Part shown: positions 1 through 11,700 of the stretch, one piece after another
How the letters are laid out: every line of letters starts with the position of its first letter
Position numbering within the stretch: position 1 is the stretch's first letter
NCBI GenBank assembly: GCA_046563655.1
Contig: JAJCTO010000009.1
Span: 62,001-126,000, forward strand
Source: Yuukianura sp. NJ FZ-2021
Lineage: Eukaryota
Reading direction: 5' to 3'
DNA: 64,000 nucleotides
Notes under the pieces: generated by a model
Told to the model about the DNA's origin: nothing
Seen by the model: the letters and a program-made list of their open reading frames with translations, nothing else
Database searches by the model: none
Translations under genes and position numbers: made by a program

Positions 1-707
1 CTGTCTCACGCACTGGTCGAAAGTGTCAACCAGGTTCCTCAGTGAAGTCGCATTTTCCTGAAACAGTTTAGAAAGATTAAACAATTTTCGCAACAATGAA
101 AATGCGATCTCGCGCGTGTTATTGTATCGCTCGATACACAAGTCCCAAGCATCCTGAAAATTAGCGTTAGTGATTACGAATGGCGAGACTATCTTTAGTG
201 CATCGTCCTTGAGAGATGACTTTAGATACTGCAGCTTTCGCAACCAGACAAACCACCACTGTTGACGATGGAAGCCTCGAATTGATCTCGGAAGGATGGC
301 CAGTCTTCGTAACTGCCAGAGAAAGTAGGAAGGTCAAGCTTAGGTAACTTGACCTCAGACGATGGATGAACGACTGACGGAGCAGAGGTCACGGTGGATC
401 CACTCTGGGTGTTGGAGTCCAGCTTCGCTAACTCTCCATTGATAAGACCATGGATCTTAACAATCATGTCATCAATCTGTTCTGAAGCTTCAAGTTGAGG
501 CATTAGATCATCCTCATTAGAAATGTACATTAGGATTTCATTTTGAATGGATTGAACACTACCTTCGATCTTTTCAGTTTGATCCAGCAGTTTGTGGAGT
601 TCAAACTGGGTAGGCGATGAGTCGGAGTTACTTACGTCCCTTAGGATTTTCGCCAGTTTGTGCTTCTGGGCTGTTCGCTTAAGGACGAGAGAGAGGACTT
701 CCGCCAT
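1..707 (-). pseudogene. gag: BEL/Pao retrotransposon gag (DUF1759-like), one frameshift, truncated by the window edge
   Basis: ORF 707..222 ends in VKLPKLDLPTFSGSYEDWPSFRDQF, a typical BEL/Pao gag motif. After a 1-nt shift near 237 it continues KLQYLKSSLKDDALKIVSPFVITNANFQDAWDLCIERYNN to position 1. Confidence 0.9.
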
Positions 708-759
708 GTTGAATGTGAAGTAGTGTTAGTCTGGGTCCAGGCTTTCGGCAGTAACCGTC

Positions 760-770
760 TTTCGGCACCA
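760..770 (-). promoter_or_regulatory. Primer-binding site of BEL element 1 (TGGTGCCGAAA, tRNA-Phe-like)
   Basis: On the minus strand TGGTGCCGAAA starts 3 nt after the LTR end (AACA) and lies upstream of the gag ATG. Confidence 0.75.
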
Positions 771-773
771 AAA

Positions 774-1217
774 TGTTCGTTGACCTCCTTGACCTCAGAT
801 GAATGTGGGAGAGCAAGTGAATTGTGGTGAAGCCACAGAGAGATCAAGACATCGAGAATTACGTTATTTAGTTTATTGAATGTATGTAAGAATAGAGAGA
901 AGACGGTTACTGAATGAAACTCAAAATTGGAATGACCCTGAGTGACTGTGTGTCACTAGTATTTATAACCTAAGAAAAGCACACTGAATTGTAAAGGAGG
1001 AATGAGTATTCCTAGACCTTAGTAATGTAAAGAAACACCAGAAAGAGAACACAATGTAAATTAGTGTGTGTAAGTTAGAAGTTGAGAAAAGGAAGAAACG
1101 AGTGTTTCTAATCCCTGTTACTAAAGTAAAAATAGCGTTATTCTAAGAATTGAAATGCATGAGAAATGTAAAGTAAAATTAGCCTAAGATTATGAACCGT
1201 CGGTTTACCCGCCAACA
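774..1217 (-). mobile_element. 5' LTR of BEL/Pao element 1 (444 bp, TGTT...AACA)
   Basis: Minus strand begins TGTTGGCGGG and ends CGAACA. It contains TATAAATA (960-967) and AATAAA (~872) and is followed by PBS and gag. Integrase-coding sequence of another element starts abruptly at 1218. Confidence 0.85.
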
Positions 1218-1998
1218 TTGACTGGGCGGAATTGGAGCAAAGGACAAAAGGACAGCAAATTCAGTGGATCTTCAATCCACCGGCAGCACCTTGGTGGGGT
1301 GGATGGTGTTAGCGACTTATTCGGTCGCTCAAGGACCTACTCAAGAGGATGCTCGGGTTCCGGAAGTTGAACAAAGTTGAGCTCGAGACCTGCTTATGTG
1401 AAGTAGAGGACACCATCAACCACAGGCCGCTGACTTTCGTGACGGAAGATGTGGATGATCTGATCCCTCTAACCCCAGCCATGTTTATTCACAATCTTCC
1501 GGTAAGTGAGACTCCAGAATCTCAAACTGTAACCGGTTCTGATTTCAACAGGAAGAGCAAGAGGCTGGACAAAATGTTGGAGGAGTTACGACAACGTTTT
1601 TGTAAGGAGTACTTGGGACTTCTTGTGCAACGAGGAAAACAGAAAACCAGAGAATTTGTCGTTGGTGACTGCGTCCTGATTGGCAGAGAGGACGTTAAGC
1701 GGATCCTTTGGCCCATGGGGATAATTCAAGAATTGATCACTGGAAAAGATGGGGTTCATCGGGTGCCAAATTGCGGACGAAGAATGGGATTTTGGTTCGC
1801 CCACTACAGAGACTTTTTCCGTTGGAATTTGACCGAGACTACCCGACTGGTGAACTTTCCCTTGACTTGGAACTGGAAATGGCTGCTCAAGACTCGGATG
1901 AAGAGGAAGACGTGGAAACAGAAGATCCGGAGCAACCAGTGACAACGACTACTCGAAGTGGACGCACTGTTCGTAAGCCCGAACTGTACTGCGACTAA
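1218..1998 (+). pseudogene. BEL/Pao element 2: integrase C-terminal half and DUF5641-like tail, inactivated
   Basis: Reads IQWIFNPPAAPWWGGWC*RLIRSLK (TAG at 1310-1312), then EVEDTINHRPLT...LTPAMF and WPMGIIQELITGKDGVHRV. After a frameshift near 1765 it continues AKLRTKNGILVRPLQRLFPLE...TTRSGRTVRKP*. Confidence 0.9.
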
Positions 1999-2001
1999 TG
2001 A

Positions 2002-2095
2002 TAGTTTTAAGTTTTTGAGTTCGTCCTAAATACAAGTTTTAAGTTTTGTGTTCATCCTAAATACTAGTTTTTAAGATTTTCTGTTCGACCTAAAT
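2002..2095 (+). repeat. Three degenerate ~32-bp repeats in the 3' UTR of BEL element 2
   Basis: agttttaagtttttgagttcgtcctaaatac / agttttaagttttgtgttcatcctaaatac / agtttttaagattttctgttcgacctaaat. Confidence 0.7.
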
Positions 2096-2170
2096 TTTAA
2101 TTTTCAGTTTAAAGGTTAACGTTTGGTTTTATTGTTTTCTTTGACTTCCCAGCCAAAGAAGGTGGGAATG

Positions 2171-2478
2171 TGTTAGAAATTAAGGTTATTTTTAATTATT
2201 GATTTTAAGTTAAATGCCAGCGCCAGATTTGTTTTGTTATTTTTGAGAAAGAGGCGCTAAATTTGAGAAGGCGTTTTTCCTGGCGTGTTTTTGAATAGGA
2301 TTCTTGTGTGTTAATTTTAGAAAAAAGGATTGTGGATAAAAAGAAAAGGAAAGGAATTTGGTCAATTGGTTAATTATCAGAATAAGTAAAATAAATGTTT
2401 CAAAATCAATTCTCGTGACTGCTTCGGTCCAACGAACGAAAATCACTTCTTCTCGGGGAGAGATTAAGGATTTTAACA
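2171..2478 (+). mobile_element. 3' LTR of BEL/Pao element 2 (~308 bp, TGTTA...TAACA)
   Basis: Preceded by the polypurine tract aaagaaggtgggaa and bounded by TGTTA/TAACA. It contains AATAAA, and the 402-bp repeat begins mid-unit immediately after it. Confidence 0.8.
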
Positions 2479-4583
2479 TACACCAACAGCTGGACTTCAA
2501 TTTGTGGAAAACCCACTTTTAGTCTTTTGCAGACACATGTCTGCGAAAAGCTGTGGAAGACTATTGATACAAATTTGTCGGTGTCGTGTTTTTAGGGCCC
2601 TTTGCACTGGAGTACTTAAGGCGGAACAGTCGAATATGTTTCACGTAGAGCTAGTTTCTAGCGCGGTCTCTGTCTTGCTAATCTAACGTAAGTTTCAGCG
2701 TAAATAGGTTAGGGCACTGATTTTGAAACCTCAGTGCGGCTTAGTATATCAAGTTACAACGTATCTGAGTAGCCTGCTCTAACATTTCTCTTTGTATCAA
2801 ATTTAAGTGGAAAGTTTTCCGGCCATTTGACAAATTCATTGTCAAACGCGATACATGGCATCATAACAAAGTTTGTATGTTACACCAACGGCTGGACTTC
2901 AATTTGTGGAAAACCCACTTTTAGTCTTTTGCAGACGCATGTCTGCGACAGGCTGTGGAAGACTATTGATACAAATTTGTCGGTGTCGTGTTTTTAGGGC
3001 TCTTTGCACTGGAGTACTTAAGGCGGAACAGTCGAATATGTTTCACGAAGAGCTAGTTTTTAGCGCGGTCTTTGTCTTGCTAATCTAACGTAAGTTTCAG
3101 CGTAAATAGGTTAGGGCACTGATTTTGAAACCTCAGTGCGGCTTAGTATATCAAGTTACAACGTATCTGAGTAGCCTGCTCTAACATTTCTCTTTGTATC
3201 AAATTTAAGTGGAAAGTTTTCCGGCCATTTGACAAATTCATTGTCAAACGCGATACATGGCATCATAACAGGGTTTGTATGTTTCACCAGCGACTGGACT
3301 TCAATTTGTGGAAAACCCACTTTTAGTCTTTTGCAGACGCATGTCTGCGACATGCTGTGGAAGACTATTGATACAAATTTGTCGGTGTCGTGTTTTTAGG
3401 GCCCTTTGCACTGGAGTACTTAAGGCGGAACAGTCGAATATGTTTCACGAAGAGCTAGTTTCTAGCGCGGTCTCTGTCTTGCTAATCTAACGTAAGTTTC
3501 AGCGTAAATAGGTTAGGGCACTGATTTTGAAACCTCAGTTCGGCTTAGTATATCAAGTTACAACGTATCTGAGTAGCCTGCTCTAACATTTCTCTTTGTA
3601 TCAAATTTAAGTGGAAAGTTTTCCGGCCATTTTACAAATTCATTGTCAAACGCGATACATGGCATCATAACAAAGTTTGTATGTTACACCAACTGCTGGA
3701 CTTCAATTTGTGGAAAACCCACTTTTAGTCTTTTGCAGACGCATGTCTGCGACAGGCTGTGGAAGACTATTGATACAAATTTGTCGGTGTCGTGTTTTTA
3801 GGGCCCTTTGCACTGGAGTACTTAAGGCGGAACAGTCGAATATGTTTCACGAAGAGCTAGTTTCTAGCGCGGTCTCTGTCTTGCTAATCTAACGTAAGTT
3901 TCAGCGTAAATAGGTTAGGGCACTGATTTTGAAACCTCAGTTCGGCTTAGTATATCAAGTTACAACGTATCTGAGTAGCCTGCTCTAACATTTCTCTTTG
4001 TATCAAATTTAAGTGGAAAGTTTTCCGGCCATTTTACAAATTCATTGTCAAACGCGATACATGGCATCATAACAAAGTTTGTATGTTACACCAACTGCTG
4101 GACTTCAATTTGTGGAAAACCCACTTTTAGTCTTTTGCAGACGCATGTCTGCGACAGGCTGTGGAAGACTATTGATACAAATTTGTCGGTGTCGTGTTTT
4201 TAGGGCCCTTTGCACTGGAGTACTTAAGGCGGAACAGTCGAATATGTTTCACGTAGAGCTAGTTTCTAGCGCGGTCTCTGTCTTGCTAATCTAACGTAAG
4301 TTTCAGCGTAAATAGGTTAGGGCACTGATTTTGAAACCTCAGTGCGGCTTAGTATATCAAGTTACAACGTATCTGAGTAGCCTGCTCTAACATTTCTCTT
4401 TGTATCAAATTTAAGTGGAAAGTTTTCCGGCCATTTGACAAATTCATTGTCAAACGCGTTACATGGCATCATAACAGGGTTTGTATGTTACACCAGCGAC
4501 TGGACTTCAATTTGTGGAAAACCCACTTTTAGTCTGTTGCAGACGCATGTCTGCGAAAAGCTGTGGAAGACTATTGATACAAA
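2479..4583 (+). repeat. 402-bp tandem repeat, ~5.2 near-identical units, related to a Helentron 5' end
   Basis: Equivalent positions recur at 2873, 3275, 3677 and 4079 (period 402). Each unit contains ttttagtctt-ttgcagac-gcat-gtctgc...gaagactattgatac, similar to 59498-59551. Confidence 0.95.
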
Positions 4584-4767
4584 GGGTGGTTTCGGATTTG
4601 CGTTGCTAAAACGGCCCAGCGCCATTTGTTTGTTTGTATTTTTTCCGGCCCAGTTTATAACACCATAAACGTTTTATTCGTTTTATTCGGTTGTTGTACA
4701 TTGCACAATTGTGCAATATACAAAAACCTCTGGCATAACTGTTTCGAACTGTGCAAGATCAAACTTC

Positions 4768-5791
4768 AAACAAGGTAGGGCGATGCTCAAGGGTTGAGCA
4801 TAGGTCTTCTGTCGGGAGTTGACAATTCATACGACATAGACCGGTCGGCCGCAAAGGCGTTAAAAAAAACTATATGAAAAACCGTTTTCACAAAATTTCA
4901 GCACCGAAACGTCGTTCACAATTTTCAGTGCGGATGTAGGGGATTCTTGTGCACAAATTGCAGAAAGATGGTCAAGAAGCGTCTGAAAACGTTTTTAACA
5001 AAAATTGAAAAAAACCGTTTGCATAAAAAAAAAGTGTTCAAATTTAGCTCTGAACAGTTTTCGCCCTCTTCAAAACTGTGTTACAAATTGTGCTCTGGTA
5101 TGCACAAATTTTTAAATAACAACGTCCCTTACCCAGCGTCAAAATTACTGCGCAATACGACATTTATGTACATCTATTTATAAGTGTGCACAAAATCGAA
5201 CGTTGAGAGAAGCGGTCGAATATCGTTTCCTTAAAATCAAAATCGGTTCACCTAAATGCACAACTCAACCTTTATGGATCGCTTGTAGTCATTAGTGTGC
5301 GTCATGCACAAAATCGAACGTTGAGGGTGAGGCATCGAATGTCGCTTGTTTAAATTCAAAATTATAAAAATTTCTTGTGAATGCAGCCTGGAACCCTGCC
5401 AAGCACTGTTTACATATTATGAATTTAAGCCAGGTTTTCTACCCTCTAACTAGGCTTAATTTAACAACGTAATTAAAGTAACTGTCACAAAATGACCAGA
5501 TCAAAATTTCGTTGTTTAAATAAATTTTGAGTGTAACCGAAACCAAAAAATTTCGTCGAGCCACGATACTGCGGATACGTAAAGTAGCCGCTAACATCTA
5601 CGTTGTTAATATAACACTTTGAGTGCAACGTAGACGTACTGAAAACACTTGAGCCATACATGACCCCCTGACTGCGATGTGGCTTATGTTTCAGTGGAAA
5701 GGGTCCTAAAAAATGTGACAGACAGACGGACAAAGTCGTATCAATAGTCTTCTTCAGCACGTCGTAGACGTGCGTCTCCAGAAGACTAAAA
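4768..5791 (-). mobile_element. Non-autonomous Helentron derivative (HINE / DINE-1-like), ~1.02 kb
   Basis: The minus-strand 5' end is TTTTAGTCTTC...GCACGTC-TAC-GACGTGC...GAAGACTA (nested hairpin) followed by a GTCC/GTCT microsatellite. The 3' end is AGAAGAC (subTIR), the stem-loop ATGCTCAA-CCC-TTGAGCAT (4783-4801) and CTTGTTT. Both ends lie in T runs with no TSD. About 600 bp are homologous to 59498-60070. Confidence 0.8.
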
Positions 5792-8700
5792 GTATTTTCC
5801 AAAAATTTTATCCAAAAATGGCCAAAAATGCTGAATGTTCAATTTTGATTTAGAAAATGTAATAGTCGGTTTTTCCCTGAAGTTCGATTGAAGTGTGAGT
5901 TGTCATGATTCATGGTGTCAAAATGAGAACTCATCGTTTGCATCTAAAGTGAAGGCATGCTTGACACTTTACCGGCACTTCTAGTTTAAGCTCAAGGATG
6001 GAGGCTGACAACATGTTTTTCAACGTGTGATTTAGTCAGTTATGCACTACGACGAAGTGGACCGTTATTTGATGAATACCAAGAATTTTTGTATAAGCGG
6101 TAAAAAGGCATAAGTTCCATTTTTCACAACGTTTAACACCTTGTTGTATAGTTTCAACCCTAAGTTTAACCTAAATCGTAGTTAGACTTTTGCACTTGTG
6201 GTATGGTGGAGCTGGGCTAAAATACAATTTCGGACTATTGTTGGGCAGAAGTTTTCAGACATGATCTATTTAATGTGCAAGTTGGTAGGCAATATAAAAA
6301 AGTATTTTCCAAAAATTGTATCCAGAAATGGCCAAAAATGCTGAATGTTCATTTTTGATTTAGAAAATGTAAGGGTCGGTTTTTCCCAGAAGTTCCATCG
6401 ACGTGTGAGTTATCATGATTTATGATGTCAAAGTGAAAACTCATGGGTTGCATCTGAAATGAAGGCATGCTTGACACTTCACCGGCAATTCTAGTTTGAG
6501 CTCAAGGATGGACGCTGACAACATGTTTTTCAACGTGTGATTTAGTCAGTTATGCAGTACGACGAAGCGGACCGTTATTTGATGAATACCAAGAATTTTG
6601 GTATGAGCGGTAACAAGGCATAAATTTCATTTTTCAGAACGTTTAACACCTTGTTGTATAGTTTCAACCCTAAGTTAAACCTAAATCGTAGTTAGACTTA
6701 TGCACATGTGGTATGGTGGAGCTGTGCTAAAATACAATTTCGGACTATTGTTGGGCAGAAGTTTTCAGACATGATCTATTTAATGTGCAAGTCGGTAGAA
6801 AATATTAAAAAGTATTTTCCAAAAATTTTATCCAAAAATGGCCAAAAATGCTGAATGCTCAATTTTGATTTAGAAAATGTAATAGTCGGTTTTTCCCTGA
6901 AGTTCGATTGAAGTGTGAGTTGTCATGATTCATGGTGTCAAAATGAGAACTCATCGTTTACATCTAAAGTGAAGGCATGCTTGACACTTTACCGGCACTT
7001 CTAGTTTAAGCTCAAGGATGGACGCTGACAACATGTTTTTCAACGTGTGATTTAGTCAGTTATGCATTACGACGAAGTGGACCGTTATTTGATGAATACC
7101 AAGAATTTTGGTATGAGCGGTAACAAGGCATAAGTTCCATTTTTCACAACGTTTGACACCTTGTTGTATAGTTTCAACCCTAAGTTAAACCTAAATCGTA
7201 GTTAGACTTATGCACTTGTGGTATGGTGGAGCTGGGCTAAAATACAATTTCGGACTATTGTTGGGCAGAAGTTTTCAGACATGATCTATTTAATGTGCAA
7301 GTTGGTAGGAAATATAAAAAAGTATTTTCCAAAAATTGTATCCAGAAATGGCCAAAAATGCTGAATGTTCATTTTTGATTTAGAAAATGTAAGGGTCGGT
7401 TTTTCCCAGAAGTTCCATCGACGTGTGAGTTATCATGATTTATGATGTCAAAGTGAAAACTCATGGGTTGCATCTGAAGTGAAGGCATGCTTGACACTTT
7501 ACCGGCACTTCTAGTTTAAGCTCAAGGATGGACGCTGACAACATGTTTTTCAACGTGTGATTTAGTCAGTTATGCACTACGACGAAGTGGACCGTTATTT
7601 GATGAATACCAAGAATTTTTGTATAAGCGGTAAAAAGGCATAAGTTCCATTTTTCACAACGTTTAACACCTTGTTGTATAGTTTCAACCCTAAGCTTAAC
7701 CTAAATCGTAGTTAGACTTTTGCACTTGTGGTATGGTGGAGCTGGGCTAAAATACAATTTCGGACTATTGTTGGGCAGAAGTTTTCAGACATGATCTATT
7801 TAATGTGCAAGTTGGTAAGCAATATAAAAAAGTATTTTCCAAAAGTTGTATCCAGAAATGGCCAAAAATGCTGAATGTTCATTTTTGATTTAGAAAATGT
7901 AAGGGTCGGTTTTCCCCAGAAGTTCCATCGACGTGAGAGTTATCATGATTTATGATGTCAAAGTGAAAACTCATGGGTTGCATCTGAAATGAAGGCATGC
8001 TTGACACTTCACCGGCACTTCTAGTTTGAGCTCAAGGATGGACGCTGACAACATGTTTTTCAACGTGTGATTTAGTCAGTTATGCAGTACGACGAAGTGG
8101 ACCGTTATTTGATGAATACCAAGAATTTTGGTATGAGCGGTAACAAGGCATAAATTCCATTTTTCAGAACGTTTGACACCTTGTTGTATAGTTTCAACCC
8201 TAAGTTAAACCTAAATCGTAGTTAGACTTATGCACATGTGGTATGGTGGAGCTGTGCTAAAATACAATTTCGGACTATTGTTAGGCAGAAGTTTTCAGAC
8301 ATGATCTATTTAATGTGCAAGTCGGTAGAAAATATTAAAAAGTATTTTCCAAAAATTTTATCCAAAAATGGCCAAAAATGCTGAATGTTCAATTTTGATT
8401 TAGAAAATGTAATAGTCGGTTTTTCCCAGAAGTTCCATCGACGTGTGAGTTATCATGATTTATGATGTCAAAGTGAAAACTCATGGGTTGCATCTGAAGT
8501 GAAGGCATGCTTGACACTTTACCGGCACTTCTAGTTTAAGCTCAAGGATGGACGCTGACAACATGTTTTTCAACGTGTGATTTAGTCAGTTATGCACTAC
8601 GACGAAGTGGACCGTTATTTGATGAATACCAAGAATTTTGGTATGAGCGGTAAAAAGGCATAAGTTCCATTTTTCACAACGTTTAACACCTTGTTGTATA

Positions 8701-11700
8701 GTTTCAACCCTAAGTTAAACCTAAATCGTAGTTAGACTTATGCACTTGTGGTATGGTGGAGCTGGGCTAAAATACAATTTCGGACTATTGTTGGGCAGAA
8801 GTTTTCAGACATGATCTATTTAATGTGCAAGTTGGTAAGCAATATAAAAAAGTATTTTCCAAAAATTGTATCCAGAAATGGCCAAAAATGCTGAATGTTC
8901 ATTTTTTGATTTAGAAAATGTAAGGGTCGGTTTTTCCCAGAAGTTCCATCGACGTGTGAGTTATCATGATTTATGATGTCAAAGTGAAAACTCATGGGTT
9001 GCATCTGAAATGAAGGCATGCTTGACACTTCACCGGCACTTCTAGTTTGAGCTCAAGGATGGACGCTGACAACATGTTTTTCAACGTGTGATTTAGTCAG
9101 TTATGCAGTACGACGAAGTGGACCGTTATTTGATGAATACCAAGAATTTTGGTATGAGCGGTAACAAGGCATAAATTCCATTTTTCAGAACGTTTGACAC
9201 CTTGTTGTATAGTTTCAACCCTAAGTTAAACCTAAATCGTAGTTAGACTTATGCACATGTGGTATGGTGGAGCTGTGCTAAAATACAATTTCGGACTATT
9301 GTTGGGCAGAAGTTTTCAGACATGATCTATTTAATGTGCAAGTCGGTAGAAAATATTAAAAAGTATTTTCCAAAAATTTTATCCAAAAATGGCCAAAAAT
9401 GCTGAATGTTCAATTTTGATTTAGAAAATGTAATAGTCGGTTTTTCCCAGAAGTTCCATCGACGTGTGAGTTATCATGATTTATGATGTCAAAGTGAAAA
9501 CTCATGGGTTGCATCTGAAATGAAGGCATGCTTGACACTTCACCGGCACTTCTAGTTTGAGCTCAAGGATGGACGCTGAGAACATGTTTTTCAACGTGTG
9601 ATTTAGTCAGTTATGCAGTACGACGAAGTGGACCGTTATTTGATGAATACCAAGAATTTTGGTATGAGCGGTAACAAGGCATAAATTTCCATTTTTCAGA
9701 ACGTTTAACACCTTGTTGTATAGTTTCAACCCTAAGTTAAACCTAAATCGTAGTTAGACTTATGCACATGTGGTATGGTGGAGCTGTGCTAAAATACAAT
9801 TTCGGACTATTGTTGGGCAGAAGTTTTCAGACATGATCTATTTAATGTGCAAGTCGGTAGAAAATATTAAAAAGTATTTTCCAAAAATTTTATCCAAAAA
9901 TGGCCAAAAATGCTGAATGTTCAATTTTGATTTAGAAAATGTAATAGTCGGTTTTTCCCTGAAGTTCGATTGAAGTGTGAGTTGTCATGATTCATGGTGT
10001 CAAAATGAGAACTCATCGTTTGCAGCTAAAGTGAAGGCATGCTTGACACTTTACCGGCACTTCTAGTTTAAGCTCAAGGATGGACGCTGACAACATGTTT
10101 TTCAACGTGTGATTTAGTCAGTTATGCATTACGACGAAGTGGACCGTTATTTGATGAATACCAAGAATTTTGGTATGAGCGGTAACAAGGCATAAGTTCC
10201 ATTTTTCACAACGTTTGACACCTTGTTGTATAGTTTCAACCCTAAGTTAAACCTAAATCGTAGTTAGACTTATGCACTTGTGGTATGGTGGAGCTGGGCT
10301 AAAATACAATTTCGGACTATTGTTGGGCAGAAGTTTTCAGACATGATCTATTTAATGTGCAAGTTGGTAGGCAATATAAAAAAGTATTTTCCAAAAATTG
10401 TATCCAGAAATGGCCAAAAATGCTGAATGTTCAATTTTGATTTAGAAAATGTAAGGGTCGGTTTTTCCCAGAAGTTCCATCGACGTGTGAGTTATCATGA
10501 TTTATGATGTCAAAGTGAAAACTCATGGGTTGCATCTGAAATGAAGGCATGCTTGACACTTCACCGGCACTTCTAGTTTGAGCTCAAGGATGGACGCTGA
10601 CAACATGTTTTTCAACGTGTGATTTAGTCAGTTATGCAGTACGACGAAGTGGACCGTTATTTGATGAATACCAAGAATTTTGGTATGAGCGGTAACAAGG
10701 CATAAATTCCATTTTTCAGAACGTTTGACACCTTGTTGTATAGTTTCAACCCTAAGTTAAACCTAAATCGTAGTTAGACTTATGCACATGTGGTATGGTG
10801 GAGCTGTGCTAAAATACAATTTCGGACTATTGTTAGGCAGAAGTTTTCAGACATGATCTATTTAATGTGCAAGTCGGTAGAAAATATTAAAAAGTATTTT
10901 CCAAAAATTTTATCCAAAAATGGCCAAAAATGCTGAATGTTCAATTTTGATTTAGAAAATGTAATAGTCGGTTTTTCCCTGAAGTTCCATCGACGTGTGA
11001 GTTATCATGATTTATGATGTCAAAGTGAAAACTCATGGGTTGCATCTGAAATGAAGGCATGCTTGACACTTCACCGGCACTTCTAGTTTGAGCTCAAGGA
11101 TGGACGCTGAGAACATGTTTTTCAACGTGTGATTTAGTCAGTTATGCAGTACGACGAAGTGGACCGTTATTTGATGAATACCAAGAATTTTGGTATGAGC
11201 GGTAACAAGGCATAAATTCCATTTTTCAGAACGTTTAACACCTTGTTGTATAGTTTCAACCCTAAGTTAAACCTAAATCGTAGTTAGACTTATGCACATG
11301 TGGTATGGTGGAGCTGTGCTAAAATACAATTTCGGACTATTGTTGGGCAGAAGTTTTCAGACATGATCTATTTAATGTGCAAGTCGGTAGAAAATATTAA
11401 AAAGTATTTTCCAAAAATTTTATCCAAAAATGGCCAAAAATGCTGAATGTTCAATTTTGATTTAGAAAATGTAATAGTCGGTTTTTCCCTGAAGTTCGAT
11501 TGAAGTGTGAGTTGTCATGATTCATGGTGTCAAAATGAGAACTCATCGTTTGCAGCTAAAGTGAAGGCATGCTTGACACTTTACCGGCACTTCTAGTTTA
11601 AGCTCAAGGATGGACGCTGACAACATGTTTTTCAACGTGTGATTTAGTCAGTTATGCATTACGACGAAGTGGACCGTTATTTGATGAATACCAAGAATTT

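Noticed and set aside
230..242. Programmed frameshift in BEL gag
   Set aside because: It falls inside a conserved gag domain at a short A run and is better explained by a 1-nt deletion or sequencing error.
2504..4668. Repeated 60-77 aa ORFs as a tandem gene family
   Set aside because: They are by-products of the 402-bp repeat with non-ATG starts and no recognisable domain.
5485..5802. Similar ORFs at 5485-5802 (-) and 59490-59750 (+) as paralogous genes
   Set aside because: They are translations of the non-coding Helentron terminus and start inside satellite sequence.
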